Part shown: piece by piece, positions 38,255-48,919 of the stretch | Numbering within the stretch: position 1 is the stretch's first letter | How the letters are laid out: the number at the start of each line of letters is the position of its first letter | Sequence record: SRR2962707_3772 | Length of the DNA stretch: 64,000 bases | Reading direction: 5' to 3' (one strand) | The notes under the pieces: model-generated | The model's input: only the letters and a program-made list of their open reading frames with translations | Databases searched by the model: none | What the model was told of the DNA's origin: nothing | Made by a program: the position numbers and the translations under genes

Positions 38255-39514
38255 ATGTTAAAAAAAATAATATTACCAATATTATTAGGGTCCTCTATCG
38301 CTTCGGCGAGTGAGGTTGTCTTTTATTCAACTCAAGCGAACCCGCTCAAAGAAGCGGACGCAATGCGAAATGACGTGTTAATCGACTATGATGGAAATGT
38401 TAAATTTCTTCCACAAGAAGCTGGCCCGTTTTTTTCTCGGATACAAGCAGAGTCTCGTACCAACTCAGTGACACTGGGTGTATTAGGGGCATTGCATGGA
38501 CAGTTCCCTCAGATTCAGGACGCGTTAGACCCTGTTGATGATGTACTGGCTCAACTGCCTAAGGTCAGCGCCAACACGGCCATTACCAAGCTGGGTAAGC
38601 TGGGTACAGACCATCAAAAATACATCCCTTGGATGCAAGCTACCTACATTATGGCGGCGAACAAAAAGGCACTGCCTTATTTGCCTAAAGGCGCCAACAT
38701 CAATGCTTTAACCTATGACCAACTGGCGCAATGGGCCATCAACCTTACCAAAGCGACAGGCAGTCCGAAGCTTGGTTTCCCAGCTGGTGAGAAAGGCCTA
38801 ATGCACCGCTTTATTCAAGGTTACCTTTACCCTTCGTTCACCCACTCCGTGGTCACTGATTTTCGTGGTAAAGACGCGCAAGAAATGTGGGCTTATTTTC
38901 GTAGCCTTTGGAAGAATGTTAACCCTCGTTCCACCGCGTATAACTTGATGCAAGAGCCTTTGTTAACTGGCGAAGTATGGGTTGCTTTTGATCATACGGC
39001 TCGTCTTAAAGGGGCATTTGATCAAAAACCAAATGACTTTGTTGCGTTTCCCGCACCTGCAGGGAAATACGGTCGAGGTTTTATGCCGGTTATTGCAGGC
39101 CTAGCCATTCCTAAGAACACGCCAGACCGAGCGGCGTCTGTCAGCTTAATCAAATACTTGTCTCGCCCTGATATTCAAGTAAAAACCTTGAAAGCCACAG
39201 GCTTTTATCCGGTTGTAGATGTGGCTCTGCCAGAGGATCTTCCTGCCAATGTTCGTATCGCGGGCAAAGCCATTGCGCTTCAAGCTAATGCGCCAGATGC
39301 ATTGCCGTCGATTTTACCGGTAGGACTTGGGAACTTGAGTGGGCAATTCAATAAAGTTTACCAAGACACCTTCCAGCAAATCATTCTGCGTAATGCGGAC
39401 ATCGACAAAGTACTTAATCGTCAGGCAAAAAGGCTGAGAACGCTGATTAATCGAGCCAAAGCACCTTGCTGGGCGCCCGATAAAGCGAGTGATGGCCCTT
39501 GTCCAATTAACTGA
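38255..39514 (+). CDS. Carbohydrate ABC transporter substrate-binding protein
   Basis: Signal peptide; YIPWMQATY and WVAFDHTAR motifs; first gene of a CUT1 operon. Confidence 0.85.
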   Translation: MLKKIILPILLGSSIASASEVVFYSTQANPLKEADAMRNDVLIDYDGNVKFLPQEAGPFFSRIQAESRTNSVTLGVLGALHGQFPQIQDALDPVDDVLAQLPKVSANTAITKLGKLGTDHQKYIPWMQATYIMAANKKALPYLPKGANINALTYDQLAQWAINLTKATGSPKLGFPAGEKGLMHRFIQGYLYPSFTHSVVTDFRGKDAQEMWAYFRSLWKNVNPRSTAYNLMQEPLLTGEVWVAFDHTARLKGAFDQKPNDFVAFPAPAGKYGRGFMPVIAGLAIPKNTPDRAASVSLIKYLSRPDIQVKTLKATGFYPVVDVALPEDLPANVRIAGKAIALQANAPDALPSILPVGLGNLSGQFNKVYQDTFQQIILRNADIDKVLNRQAKRLRTLINRAKAPCWAPDKASDGPCPIN

Positions 39515-39525
39515 TTTCTCGCTTT

Positions 39526-39555
39526 CTGGTCTGCCTCTAGGCTGTTGCAGACCAG
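39526..39555 (+). other. Intra-operon stem-loop after the binding-protein gene
   Basis: CTGGTCTGC...GCAGACCAG. Confidence 0.45.
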
Positions 39556-39589
39556 CTATGAAATTATTTAAAAGAAATCAGGATTTGTT

Positions 39590-40438
39590 ATGAATAAAAA
39601 ATATTACCCTTATGTTTTAATTGCGCCAAGCGTATTGTTTTTATTGATTTTTTTTGTATATCCATTCATTGAAGTGTTCGTTCAGGCCTTCACTTCGTCA
39701 GATGGTCATGTTGGTTTAAGCAACTTTGAAAATATCTTTACTGACTATAATTTTCTTCCCTCTTTGAAAAACACCTTGCTGCTTGCCTTGGTGGTTGTCC
39801 CTGTGCAGTTGTGCATGGCGGTCGGTATGTCATTGATGATTTCGAAAATGAAGAAAGGTCGTGACACTGTTTTGTATATTTTGACCATTCCTTTGGGTGT
39901 GTCGGATCTTGCTGCCGGTATTATCTGGTTGGCGATTTTGGATCAAAACGGTTTCTTAAACAGTTTCTTGTTCTCGATTGGTGTCATTGATCAGCCAGAA
40001 AGTTGGTTGAACTATCAAAACCCTATCATTATTTTCACCGCTGTTGTGGTGGCCGAAATCTGGCGTGCGACGGCGATTCTTTTGGTTATTTTGGTGTCCG
40101 GTATCGGTCTTATTCCGAAAGAATACTACGAAGCCGCTGAAATTTTTGGCGCGAATTCGTGGGTTCGTTTGTGGAAGGTGACATTGCCTTTGTTACGTCC
40201 AAGTTTGCAAACAGCACTGATCCTACGAACCTTATTGGCGTTCGAAGTGTTTGCTGTTGTCATGCTGTTAGGGGGCTCCAATATGCCTGTATTAATGGGA
40301 GAAACCTTTAATTGGGCCTTTAATTACCAAGATGCCGGCGCAGCGTCTGCCTATGCCGTGGTTATCCTAGCCCTTTCTATTGTCTTTACGCTGTTTTATC
40401 TAAGAGTGTTGCGTGTTCCTAAAGGGGCTAGAATATGA
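39590..40438 (+). CDS. Sugar ABC transporter permease 1
   Basis: EAA loop IPKEYYEAAEIFGA...VTLPLLRP. Confidence 0.9.
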   Translation: MNKKYYPYVLIAPSVLFLLIFFVYPFIEVFVQAFTSSDGHVGLSNFENIFTDYNFLPSLKNTLLLALVVVPVQLCMAVGMSLMISKMKKGRDTVLYILTIPLGVSDLAAGIIWLAILDQNGFLNSFLFSIGVIDQPESWLNYQNPIIIFTAVVVAEIWRATAILLVILVSGIGLIPKEYYEAAEIFGANSWVRLWKVTLPLLRPSLQTALILRTLLAFEVFAVVMLLGGSNMPVLMGETFNWAFNYQDAGAASAYAVVILALSIVFTLFYLRVLRVPKGARI

Positions 40439-41295
40439 GCGATTTAAGTTACGATGAAATCTTGGAAAAAGAAGTCCGAGAGGTAAACAGAAAGAAGAAA
40501 ATGTGGCGCTGGTTATTTTTGAGCAGTGTGGCGTTTCTTGTGTCTTGGATTCTGTTCCCCATCTATTTATTAGTGGTCAACTCCTTGAGTTCAGCGGACG
40601 TCATTAATGGCTTTCCTAAGAACTTCTGGCCTGCATTTGACATGGAAAGCCTGCACTTTTTCGTGAATTACTACGGTGTGCTAGGGGCGTTGAAAAACTC
40701 TTTAATCGCGGCCTTGTTCACCATGGTGATTGCGATTGGTCTAGGGACGCCAGCAGGCTACGCATTAGCGCGCTTTGATTTTCGAGGCAAAGAAACCTTT
40801 AGAATGTTGATCTTGTTAACGCGAGCGTTTCCAATGCCGTTGTTGGCGCTGCCATTGGCGGTGATTTTCATTAATGTTGGTCTGGACGATTCTTTGTTTG
40901 GCTTGTCTTTGGTGCACACGGCCTTGGCTTTGCCTTTCTCTGTGTTGATTACCTCCAGCTTGTTCCTTGGTATTCCTGTTGAGTTAGAAGAAGCGGCCTG
41001 GGTACTTGGTTGTAATCGTTGGCAGGCGTTCATGAAAGTTGTGATGCCATTAGCCTTGCCAGGTCTTACTGCGTCTGCTGTGTTTGCCTTTGTTATTTCG
41101 TGGAACGAAGTGTTTGCTGCCGCGGTGCTCACCGTAAACAACCAAACATTGACGGCCTTTTTGGTGCAAAGCCTTTCTACGTCTCCGGTAGAAGTGAAGT
41201 TTGCTGGTGGCTTGATTTTGATATTGCCAGCCATCCTATTTTTATTCGTTGTTAGAAAATATCTATTCAGTATGTGGGGGATTGCGAACCGTTAA
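40435..41295 (+). CDS. Sugar ABC transporter permease 2
   Basis: IPVELEEAAWVLG...PLALPG and SWNE motifs. Confidence 0.9.
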   Translation: MSDLSYDEILEKEVREVNRKKKMWRWLFLSSVAFLVSWILFPIYLLVVNSLSSADVINGFPKNFWPAFDMESLHFFVNYYGVLGALKNSLIAALFTMVIAIGLGTPAGYALARFDFRGKETFRMLILLTRAFPMPLLALPLAVIFINVGLDDSLFGLSLVHTALALPFSVLITSSLFLGIPVELEEAAWVLGCNRWQAFMKVVMPLALPGLTASAVFAFVISWNEVFAAAVLTVNNQTLTAFLVQSLSTSPVEVKFAGGLILILPAILFLFVVRKYLFSMWGIANR

Positions 41296-41342
41296 GTCCG
41301 AGGTTTTTTCTTCACATTGATATTTATTTTTAGGAACTTGTT

Positions 41343-42356
41343 ATGACCACTATTACCGTAGAAAACATTAAAAAATCCTTTGGTGATGCAGACATACTTA
41401 AATCTGTGTCACTCGATATTAAAGACCAAGAATTTACTGTTCTATTGGGGCCTTCAGGGTGTGGTAAGTCCACTTTGTTGCGCATCATTGCTGGGTTAGA
41501 AACACAAGACAGCGGTACGATTAAAATTGGTGATCGTGTTGTGTCACATTTACCGCCAAGAGAGCGCAATGTGGCCATGGTGTTTCAAAACTACGCTGTT
41601 TTCCCACATATGACGGTGTTTGAAAACATTGCTTTTGGCTTGCGCATGAAAAAAGCCCCAGAGAAAAAGATCAAAGAGAATGTAGAGCGTACCGCAGCCT
41701 TGATGCACATTGATCATTTGTTAAAGCGTTACTCTGGTCAGCTCTCTGGTGGTCAACGCCAACGTGTGGCTGTAGCCCGTGCGCTGGCTGTTGAACCAGA
41801 TGTTCTCTTGATGGATGAACCCTTGTCCAACTTGGATGCCTTGTTGCGTTTGCAAATGCGTGCTGAGCTAAAATCGGTATTAGAAGCGTCTAAAACCACC
41901 ACTGTGTATGTGACCCATGACCAAGTGGAAGCGATGAGTTTGGCCGACCGTATTGCGGTGATGAACTCAGGGCGTATTGATCAATACGATTTCCCTGATG
42001 AAATTTACAACAATCCAGCCACAGAATACGTGGGTAGCTTCATTGGTAATCCACCTATGAACTTTATTTCTCCTGACTTCCAAGTAGGCACAGTGCCTAA
42101 CGGTGCTTTCCAGCTTGGTATTCGTCCAGAAGACTTCCATATCTCAAAAGAGCAAAGAGATAACTACTGGCCTATTACCGTGTTAACCCGTGAGAAATTA
42201 GGCTCTCATCAGCAGCTGTCTGCTGAATTGAACGGCCAATTATTCCGCGTGAATATCCCAAATGAAATTGAAATAGAAAGCGGCAATACATTGTATTTAA
42301 TGCCAAAAGAAGACAAAAAACGTTGGTACACTGAAGGTGGGAAAATTATTTTATGA
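41343..42356 (+). CDS. Sugar ABC transporter ATP-binding protein (MalK/UgpC-like)
   Basis: GPSGCGKST, LSGGQRQR, MDEPLSNLDA and YVTHDQVEAM motifs. Confidence 0.93.
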   Translation: MTTITVENIKKSFGDADILKSVSLDIKDQEFTVLLGPSGCGKSTLLRIIAGLETQDSGTIKIGDRVVSHLPPRERNVAMVFQNYAVFPHMTVFENIAFGLRMKKAPEKKIKENVERTAALMHIDHLLKRYSGQLSGGQRQRVAVARALAVEPDVLLMDEPLSNLDALLRLQMRAELKSVLEASKTTTVYVTHDQVEAMSLADRIAVMNSGRIDQYDFPDEIYNNPATEYVGSFIGNPPMNFISPDFQVGTVPNGAFQLGIRPEDFHISKEQRDNYWPITVLTREKLGSHQQLSAELNGQLFRVNIPNEIEIESGNTLYLMPKEDKKRWYTEGGKIIL

Positions 42357-43618
42357 GTAAGCTAGAGAACTTAGTCGCGCAAGCAAAAGGGATTTTACGC
42401 ACCAATGATCTGGGTGGTTATACTGTTCCTACCAAAGGATTGTATCCATTCCAGTGGAATTGGGACGCAGGCGTCACTGCGTTAGGCTGGTTGTATGTTG
42501 ATGAAGCTCGAGCATGGACTGAGTTTGATAAACTGTTTGAAGGCCAGTGGGACAACGGCATGGTGCCTCATATCGTATTCCATCAAGAGTCTGACGATTA
42601 TTTCCCAGGCCCTGATCAATGGAAAGTAGAGGGTAATCCACCGACTACTTCTATTTCTCAGCCGCCATTATTGGCGACCATGGTGCGAATTATCTATGAG
42701 CAAAGTAAGGACAAAGACCTTGCGCAGGCGAAATTAGACGCCTTGATGCCAAAACTGATTCGTTACCACGAATGGTGGTACCGAGAGCGTGATCCAGAAA
42801 CAACCGGTTTGGTTTCCAGCTATCACCCTTGGGAATCTGGGATGGACAACAGCCCAGCATGGGATGATGTGTTGCAGCGTGTGCCACAGGTAACGCGTCC
42901 TTATCAGCGTCGTGATTTGAACCACGTAGATAGCAAACAGCGCCCATTGAAAGAGCAGTATGATCGTTATATTTATTTGGTGGATTTCTTTCGTGAAAAC
43001 GATTTCGATTACCAGAAAATCTATCAAAACTGTCCTTTCCACACGCAAGACATCAGCTTAAATGCCGTGTTACAGCGTGCGACAATAGATTTGATTCACC
43101 TAAATACGCTGGCATCGACCCAGGTGGACATGTCTTCACTGGAAGCGTCTGTGAAAAAAGCAGAAGCGATTTTCCCAAGCTTATGGGACGCAGAGCGTCA
43201 CTTGTTCTTGAACAGAGATCACGCGCTTGCTAAAGCGATTCCGGTAAGCACATCGGGTGGCTTTATGCCGCTATACAGCTACTCAGCCAGCGCTGAACAA
43301 GCGGCTTTGATGGCAGAAGAAATCCAGAAATGGTTGGTGTTAGGACCAAGTGGTTTGGCGTCTACCTCGCCTCTAGAAAGCACATTTGATGCGAAGCGTT
43401 ACTGGAGAGGGCCATCTTGGTTGCATATTAACTGGATGATTGCCGACGGTTTGAAGCATTACGGTTATGATGATGTGGCTGAACAATTACGCCAAGCGTC
43501 ACGAGCGATCATTGATCAATCCGGTTACTTTGAATACTTTGATCCGATTACGGGTGAAGGTTGTGGCGGTAAGGACTTCTCTTGGACAGCGGCCATTGCT
43601 TTGCATTGGTTACTATAA
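42353..43618 (+). CDS. GH63-like (mannosyl-/glucosylglycerate hydrolase, MGH1-like) glycoside hydrolase
   Basis: LYPFQWNWD, GMVPHIVF, HPWESGMDNSP, YWRGPSW..IN, EYFDP and FSWTAA motifs. Confidence 0.8.
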   Translation: MSKLENLVAQAKGILRTNDLGGYTVPTKGLYPFQWNWDAGVTALGWLYVDEARAWTEFDKLFEGQWDNGMVPHIVFHQESDDYFPGPDQWKVEGNPPTTSISQPPLLATMVRIIYEQSKDKDLAQAKLDALMPKLIRYHEWWYRERDPETTGLVSSYHPWESGMDNSPAWDDVLQRVPQVTRPYQRRDLNHVDSKQRPLKEQYDRYIYLVDFFRENDFDYQKIYQNCPFHTQDISLNAVLQRATIDLIHLNTLASTQVDMSSLEASVKKAEAIFPSLWDAERHLFLNRDHALAKAIPVSTSGGFMPLYSYSASAEQAALMAEEIQKWLVLGPSGLASTSPLESTFDAKRYWRGPSWLHINWMIADGLKHYGYDDVAEQLRQASRAIIDQSGYFEYFDPITGEGCGGKDFSWTAAIALHWLL

Positions 43619-43683
43619 ACAGCCAGACCACGCTTAATGTTTCTAGTTATTAAGCGCTAGGTGGCGGTGTAGTCTCACTTTAT

Positions 43684-43720
43684 AAAGCCAGATGAACTCG
43701 GTTCATCTGGCTTTTCTTTT
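43684..43720. terminator. Bidirectional terminator
   Basis: AAAGCCAGATGAAC-tcg-GTTCATCTGGCTTT-TCTTTT between convergent genes. Confidence 0.75.
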
Positions 43721-43722
43721 GG

Positions 43723-44763
43723 CTATACCAGCTCTTTGTTGGAGAGTGGTGGCGTCGATGGGGGCTGGTAAAGCCAAGCGTACTTTCTGCTAGACAGTAA
43801 TGGAAGGAGACGGGCGAGCGCCACGATAATAACGATGGCAAAAACCAATCTTACCCATAATATTGAAAACAAATCCGCGCCTAATAACAGCATTAAAAGT
43901 GTGTCTTCGATAAGGCTATGGCATAAGCCTAGAAAAGCCATGGTTAAAAACACGTCCTGGTTATCAATGTGTCCTGTTTTGGCTTCTCGGATCAAAATAC
44001 TGCCGCCAAAAGATAGGCCGAGGGTTAAACCAACCACAATAATATTAGACGCTTTTGCCCCAATGCCTAATAAGCGGAGCAAAGGGGACAATAAAAAGTG
44101 AATGGCTTTTTCGATGCCAAGGTAATTCAACACTCGGATGGTTAAGGTAAGTGCGGCGATGATAACAAACGCCGCCACGAACGTTTGCCCTTGTAATAAA
44201 AGCCAGCTGCTCCAGCTAGCGTCGCTGTTTTCGGGTATCCAAGCGGTGTTAATAGGCGTTTGTAACAGGGCAAATGCATCATAATAGTGGTGCAAGAGAA
44301 AGCCCAATAACATGGCACCGCCAATGCGCAATACAAGAGTAAACCTGAGTCTGGCGCCGACGGCTTTGGCAATCGCGGCCTCAATAGGCAGTCCGTGGGA
44401 AATGAGCATCATAGAGCACAAAACACTGACCTGTGCGACGCTCAGTTGGTCCATTCCTCCTAATTGGTAAAAAATGGCCATCGCCGTGTATAGATTACTG
44501 AAGATGGCCGTCACCCACACCAACCCCATTTCTCCGGGCAATCCTACCCAAATCATAATGGGGCTAATGGCGTTTCCTAAGGCGTTAATCCAACCTAGTA
44601 ACTCAATCATTCTGACCACAAGTAAGATAGGGATCATGATTTTCGCCAACCCCCAAAAAATCCGACACACATCCATTAGCCATCTGCCAATCCGATTGCG
44701 TTCGGCCTGTTGAGATAATGTGTGTAGACGACTCTGAATACGGTGCTGAAAGGAGCGGATCAT
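43723..44763 (-). CDS. Membrane protein with nucleoside-recognition (Gate)-type domains, putative transporter
   Basis: Hydrophobic; LSVAQVSVL..M.LISHGLPIE, GLTLGLSFGG and LCHSLIEDT motifs. Confidence 0.7.
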   Translation of the reverse strand: MIRSFQHRIQSRLHTLSQQAERNRIGRWLMDVCRIFWGLAKIMIPILLVVRMIELLGWINALGNAISPIMIWVGLPGEMGLVWVTAIFSNLYTAMAIFYQLGGMDQLSVAQVSVLCSMMLISHGLPIEAAIAKAVGARLRFTLVLRIGGAMLLGFLLHHYYDAFALLQTPINTAWIPENSDASWSSWLLLQGQTFVAAFVIIAALTLTIRVLNYLGIEKAIHFLLSPLLRLLGIGAKASNIIVVGLTLGLSFGGSILIREAKTGHIDNQDVFLTMAFLGLCHSLIEDTLLMLLLGADLFSILWVRLVFAIVIIVALARLLPLLSSRKYAWLYQPPSTPPLSNKELV

Positions 44764-44894
44764 TGTATTGCCTTATGAAAAATGATGAGCAAAAGTCAGG
44801 CAATAGAATATCAAATTGAGAATTAATTAATGCTTCTTATTGGGTATTTTGGAAACTATAATTTCTTATATTCATACTAAGAGAAATGTAATTA

Positions 44895-45368
44895 ATGAAG
44901 CTGCATCCTATCGACATTCGTATTTTAACTGAGCTGCAGCAAGATGCGGATCAAACCAATCTCTCTTTGGCGGAAAAAGTCGGCTTGTCAGCGCCAGCCT
45001 GTTTAAAACGAGTGCATAAACTCAAAGCCGAAGGAATTATTGAGCGAGTGGTGGCCGTGGTGTCCGCTCAAGCGCTAGGGCGTCGGTTAAATATGGTGGT
45101 AGAAGTCGAAATGACCAGTGATGATTTGATGCTGGCCAACCAGTTTATCGCTGCGATCAATCAATCCCCAGAAGTCAAACAATGCTACAAGGTGACAGGC
45201 AGCGTTGATTTTGTCTTAATCGTCAATGTGAGCGATATTTTTGAGTATGAAGCCTTTTGTCAGCGCGTTATATACGCACAACAAGGCATGAAAAAATTCA
45301 CCACATTAATTAGTCTGCGCTGTACCAAATTTGATTTGTCCCAAGGGGGCTTGTCGTCTTTATCATAA
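44895..45368 (+). CDS. Lrp/AsnC family regulator
   Basis: DIRILTELQQDA..TN..LAEKVGLSAPACLKRV and QCYKVTG.VDF motifs. Confidence 0.92.
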   Translation: MKLHPIDIRILTELQQDADQTNLSLAEKVGLSAPACLKRVHKLKAEGIIERVVAVVSAQALGRRLNMVVEVEMTSDDLMLANQFIAAINQSPEVKQCYKVTGSVDFVLIVNVSDIFEYEAFCQRVIYAQQGMKKFTTLISLRCTKFDLSQGGLSSLS

Positions 45369-45607
45369 AGTCGAAGCACAAGGGGATGAGCAAGAATGAT
45401 GCATGACATCGCGATATAAAGCGTTTGCCATAAAAATAGTCATCAACGTGCTTTTTCGGCTTGAAAATCGGTTAGTATTACAATATTACGACAGAGGTTG
45501 TGTCTGCCTTTGCGGTCTTTATCACCCGTATTATTTACGTGAAAAAGTCAAAAACGAATGTGAAATTGCATAATATATCGGCTTACTCGGCGTTTTAACG
45601 CCTTATA

Positions 45608-47236
45608 TTGCCCAATATGAATGACATTTTTCGCCATGAATACGTGTATCAAATAACAGGAAAAGTGACTTTGGGTACTTTGAAATACAATTTTCTAAAA
45701 TTAAATAGGCTGATTTTGCTGTTGGCGCTAACGGCCACCATATTGACTTTTGTTAACAGTTTTTACTCTAACTATGAAGTGCAAAAAGAACAGCTTATTA
45801 CTCAGCGCATTAGCGTGAATCAAGCTTATGCGCATAAATTAGCCGACACAACCGAAGTGTTTTTGAACTTATCGCGGCAGCAACTGGCTTATTCTGCGAA
45901 CGGTTTAGGAACCAAGATGCACGATAAGACCTTTCTTGCTCGAGAGGCGAACCGCCTTAAATATCAAACAGACAGTTTTAATTCCGTTGTCATTAGTAAT
46001 GCCACAGGCATGACGCAAGCGGCGTCGCCTGAAACACTAGGTTTGGTGGGTAAGCAGCTTAAATCAGCAGGCAGTCGAGAAGCGTTAGAAGAAAAGAGAT
46101 CGCTGATTAGTAAGCCATATATCTCAACGATTAATAATTTATTGGTTTTTATTTCCACGCCGATTTTTAGCCCAGAGCATGACTACCTTGGTTTTGTAGG
46201 GGGCACTATTTATCTTAAAAAACCCAATATTCTCCGTGAAATTCTAGGCGAACATTTTTATAGAAATGGTTCCTATATTTATGTGGTAGACAATGCGAAG
46301 AAGATCTTATACCACCCGGATCAAGACAGAATCGGTACGATTGTAAAGAACAACACAGGCCTAGATGAAATCATTGCTAAAAAAGAAGGGGGCGTGTCCC
46401 TGCGCAACAGCAGAGGGATTGATATGCTGGCTGGCTACGCAACGATTCCGAGTACCGGTTGGACCATAATAACGCAAAGTCCATTGGAATCTTCTTTGTT
46501 GCCTTTGACTGGCATTATGGAGCAGGTGATTTTAAAGACCTTACCAATGACGCTGGCGGTGTTTGTGTTTATCTGGCTATTTGCCCGCGCCATTTCTCAC
46601 CCATTACGACAATTAGCGGACAAGGCCAAGACCCTTGATAACCCTGCGGTGAGTGAAGAAATTGAACGCATTAATTCATGGTATGTAGAAAGCTCAAGCC
46701 TTAAGAAAGCCATTCTGAGTGGTGTGAAATTACTGCAAGTTCAAATCGGCCAACTGCGGCTGGACGCAGACACAGACCCTTTGACGGGGGCGAAGAACCG
46801 TCGGGCACTGCAATTTAAGCTTGAAGAGTTGGTCGCACAAGACAAAACGTTTTCTCTCTTGTCTGTGGATGTGGATTACTTCAAAAAAGTGAATGATACG
46901 TTCGGCCATAACGTCGGCGATGAAGTGCTTAAACAGCAAATTCAAATCATGAATCGCTTCTCTCGTAGTGAAGATATGGTCGCGAGGACAGGGGGGGAAG
47001 AGTTTGTATTATTGCTTAAAGAAACCTCTGTAGAAGACGCCTACTTGGTGGCGGAACGACTTAGGGAAGCGGTGGAAAAAGAAGAGTTTGAGACAGTAGG
47101 GCACATTACTGTCTCTATTGGCGTAGCAAGCTGGAGCAACCATTCGGTTCCCTTGAAAAAAGTGCTTATCTGCGTGGATGAAGCGCTTTATGAGGCCAAG
47201 AAACAAGGTCGTAATAGAACAATTGTTGCCGAATAA
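45608..47236 (+). CDS. Membrane-bound sensor (dCache-type) diguanylate cyclase; start may be nearer 45665
   Basis: Two TM segments flanking a periplasmic domain (YHPD); DPLTG..NRR, DVDYFKKVND.FGH..GD and RTGGEEF motifs. Confidence 0.88.
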   Translation: MPNMNDIFRHEYVYQITGKVTLGTLKYNFLKLNRLILLLALTATILTFVNSFYSNYEVQKEQLITQRISVNQAYAHKLADTTEVFLNLSRQQLAYSANGLGTKMHDKTFLAREANRLKYQTDSFNSVVISNATGMTQAASPETLGLVGKQLKSAGSREALEEKRSLISKPYISTINNLLVFISTPIFSPEHDYLGFVGGTIYLKKPNILREILGEHFYRNGSYIYVVDNAKKILYHPDQDRIGTIVKNNTGLDEIIAKKEGGVSLRNSRGIDMLAGYATIPSTGWTIITQSPLESSLLPLTGIMEQVILKTLPMTLAVFVFIWLFARAISHPLRQLADKAKTLDNPAVSEEIERINSWYVESSSLKKAILSGVKLLQVQIGQLRLDADTDPLTGAKNRRALQFKLEELVAQDKTFSLLSVDVDYFKKVNDTFGHNVGDEVLKQQIQIMNRFSRSEDMVARTGGEEFVLLLKETSVEDAYLVAERLREAVEKEEFETVGHITVSIGVASWSNHSVPLKKVLICVDEALYEAKKQGRNRTIVAE

Positions 47237-47323
47237 AATGGGGCTTGGGAAGGCCAGATAGAGTGGGGTAGACACTCCCCCCAACGGATGAAAAAGTCGC
47301 CTACTTGCTCGTTATTAAGCAAC

Positions 47324-47365
47324 AAAAAAGGCCTATTCTCAATCTTGATTGGGAATAGGCCTTTT
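47324..47365. terminator. Bidirectional terminator
   Basis: AAAAAAGGCCTATTCTCAATC-tt-GATTGGGAATAGGCCTTTT. Confidence 0.7.
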
Positions 47366-47431
47366 GTCTATTTAGGATGAGAAACTATTTTAGGGTGAGA
47401 AAGTGACGGCGAACGCCGTGTCATTACTCAC

Positions 47432-48877
47432 TTATAGTGGATAATGTTGCTCTGGGTTCTCAATAGTAATCCAGCGCACATCGGTAAATTCTGAAATGCC
47501 TGCTTGGCCACCAAAGCGTCCGTAACCAGATTCACCGACACCACCAAATGGAATTTGTGGCTCGTCAGAAACAGTAGCGCCATTAATGTGGCAAATACCG
47601 CTTTCTATTGCATTAGCACAGGCTAGCGCACGGTTGATATCTTGAGAAAACACCGCTGCGGATAAACCATATTCTGTGTCATTCGCAATGCGAATGGCTT
47701 CTTCATCGCCACTGACGCGGATGATGGATTTCACCGGGCCAAAGCTTTCTTCGTTAAAAATGCGCATGGTGTCGTTCACGCCATCGAGCAAGGTTGGTGA
47801 GAAAATCGCCCCATCACTGTCGCCACCACAAACAAGGGTAGCGCCTTTGGCAACCGCATCATTAATCAAGGTGTGCATTTTTTCGCTTGCATCAGGGTTC
47901 ACCAGTGAGCCTAGCGCGACCTTGTCCCTAGGGTTGCCCCAAGTGAGTTTGGCGGCACGAGCAACCAATTTCTCGACAAATTCATCGGCAATTTTTTCGT
48001 CTACGATCAAGCGTTCCGTCGACATACAGATTTGCCCTTGATTCATAAAAGAACCAAAAATCGCCGCGTTTACCGCACCATCAATATTGGCATCAGAGAG
48101 CACAACAAGTGGTGCTTTGCCGCCTAACTCCAGCAGTGCAGGCTTTAAATTTGCGCCTGCTAAACCACCGATAATACGGCCAATAGGGCTGGAACCAGTG
48201 AAGTTTACATGGCGTACTTCAGGGGCTTCAATCAAGGCTTTTACGATTGATGGCGCGTCTTTAGGGTCGTTGGATAACACATTAATAACGCCTTCAGGGA
48301 TACCCGCTTCCAAGAAGCAATCCACGATTAGACGCTGGGTTTGTGGGCAAAGTTCGGCGCTTTTAAGGATCACGGCATTACCACAGGCGATCGGCATAGC
48401 AACCGCGCGGGTGCCTAGAATAATAGGCGCATTCCACGGCGCTATTGCTAAGCAAACCCCCCTGGCTTTGCGTACTGATAAAGACAATATGCCGGGTTTA
48501 TTAGACGGAATCACTTCCCCGCCAATCTGAGTGGTTAAAGACGCAGATTCACGCAATACATCCACCGCCAACTTAACATTAAATCCAGCCCATACCGCGG
48601 TAGCACCGGTTTCTGTCATCATGGCATCAACGAATAAGCTGAGTTTTGACTCCATGATGTCAGCCGCTTTGTTTAATAAGCTGCGTCGTGTAGCTGGGCT
48701 GCTAAGAGACCATTTTTCAAAGGCTTGTTGTGCCGCTTTTACTGTTATCTTGACGTCTTCTAGGGTGGCGGCGGCAGAGACAGACGCCACGTCACCGGTG
48801 ACCGGATCAAATCGGGTGTAGAGGTTGTTGTTCTGGGCAGAGCAGTCTTGTCCGCCAATACTTAATAAAACAGTCAT
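47432..48877 (-). CDS. vdh: Aromatic aldehyde dehydrogenase (vanillin/salicylaldehyde dehydrogenase-like)
   Basis: ETGAT..WAGFN, IAPWNAP.ILG.RA, LELGGKAP, NQGQICMSTER, GICHING.TV.DE and the WITI...QHYP terminus. Confidence 0.75.
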   Translation of the reverse strand: MTVLLSIGGQDCSAQNNNLYTRFDPVTGDVASVSAAATLEDVKITVKAAQQAFEKWSLSSPATRRSLLNKAADIMESKLSLFVDAMMTETGATAVWAGFNVKLAVDVLRESASLTTQIGGEVIPSNKPGILSLSVRKARGVCLAIAPWNAPIILGTRAVAMPIACGNAVILKSAELCPQTQRLIVDCFLEAGIPEGVINVLSNDPKDAPSIVKALIEAPEVRHVNFTGSSPIGRIIGGLAGANLKPALLELGGKAPLVVLSDANIDGAVNAAIFGSFMNQGQICMSTERLIVDEKIADEFVEKLVARAAKLTWGNPRDKVALGSLVNPDASEKMHTLINDAVAKGATLVCGGDSDGAIFSPTLLDGVNDTMRIFNEESFGPVKSIIRVSGDEEAIRIANDTEYGLSAAVFSQDINRALACANAIESGICHINGATVSDEPQIPFGGVGESGYGRFGGQAGISEFTDVRWITIENPEQHYPL

Positions 48878-48919
48878 ATTATTGTCCTTATTCACTGATT
48901 ATTCTGGTGTTACTTGAGT

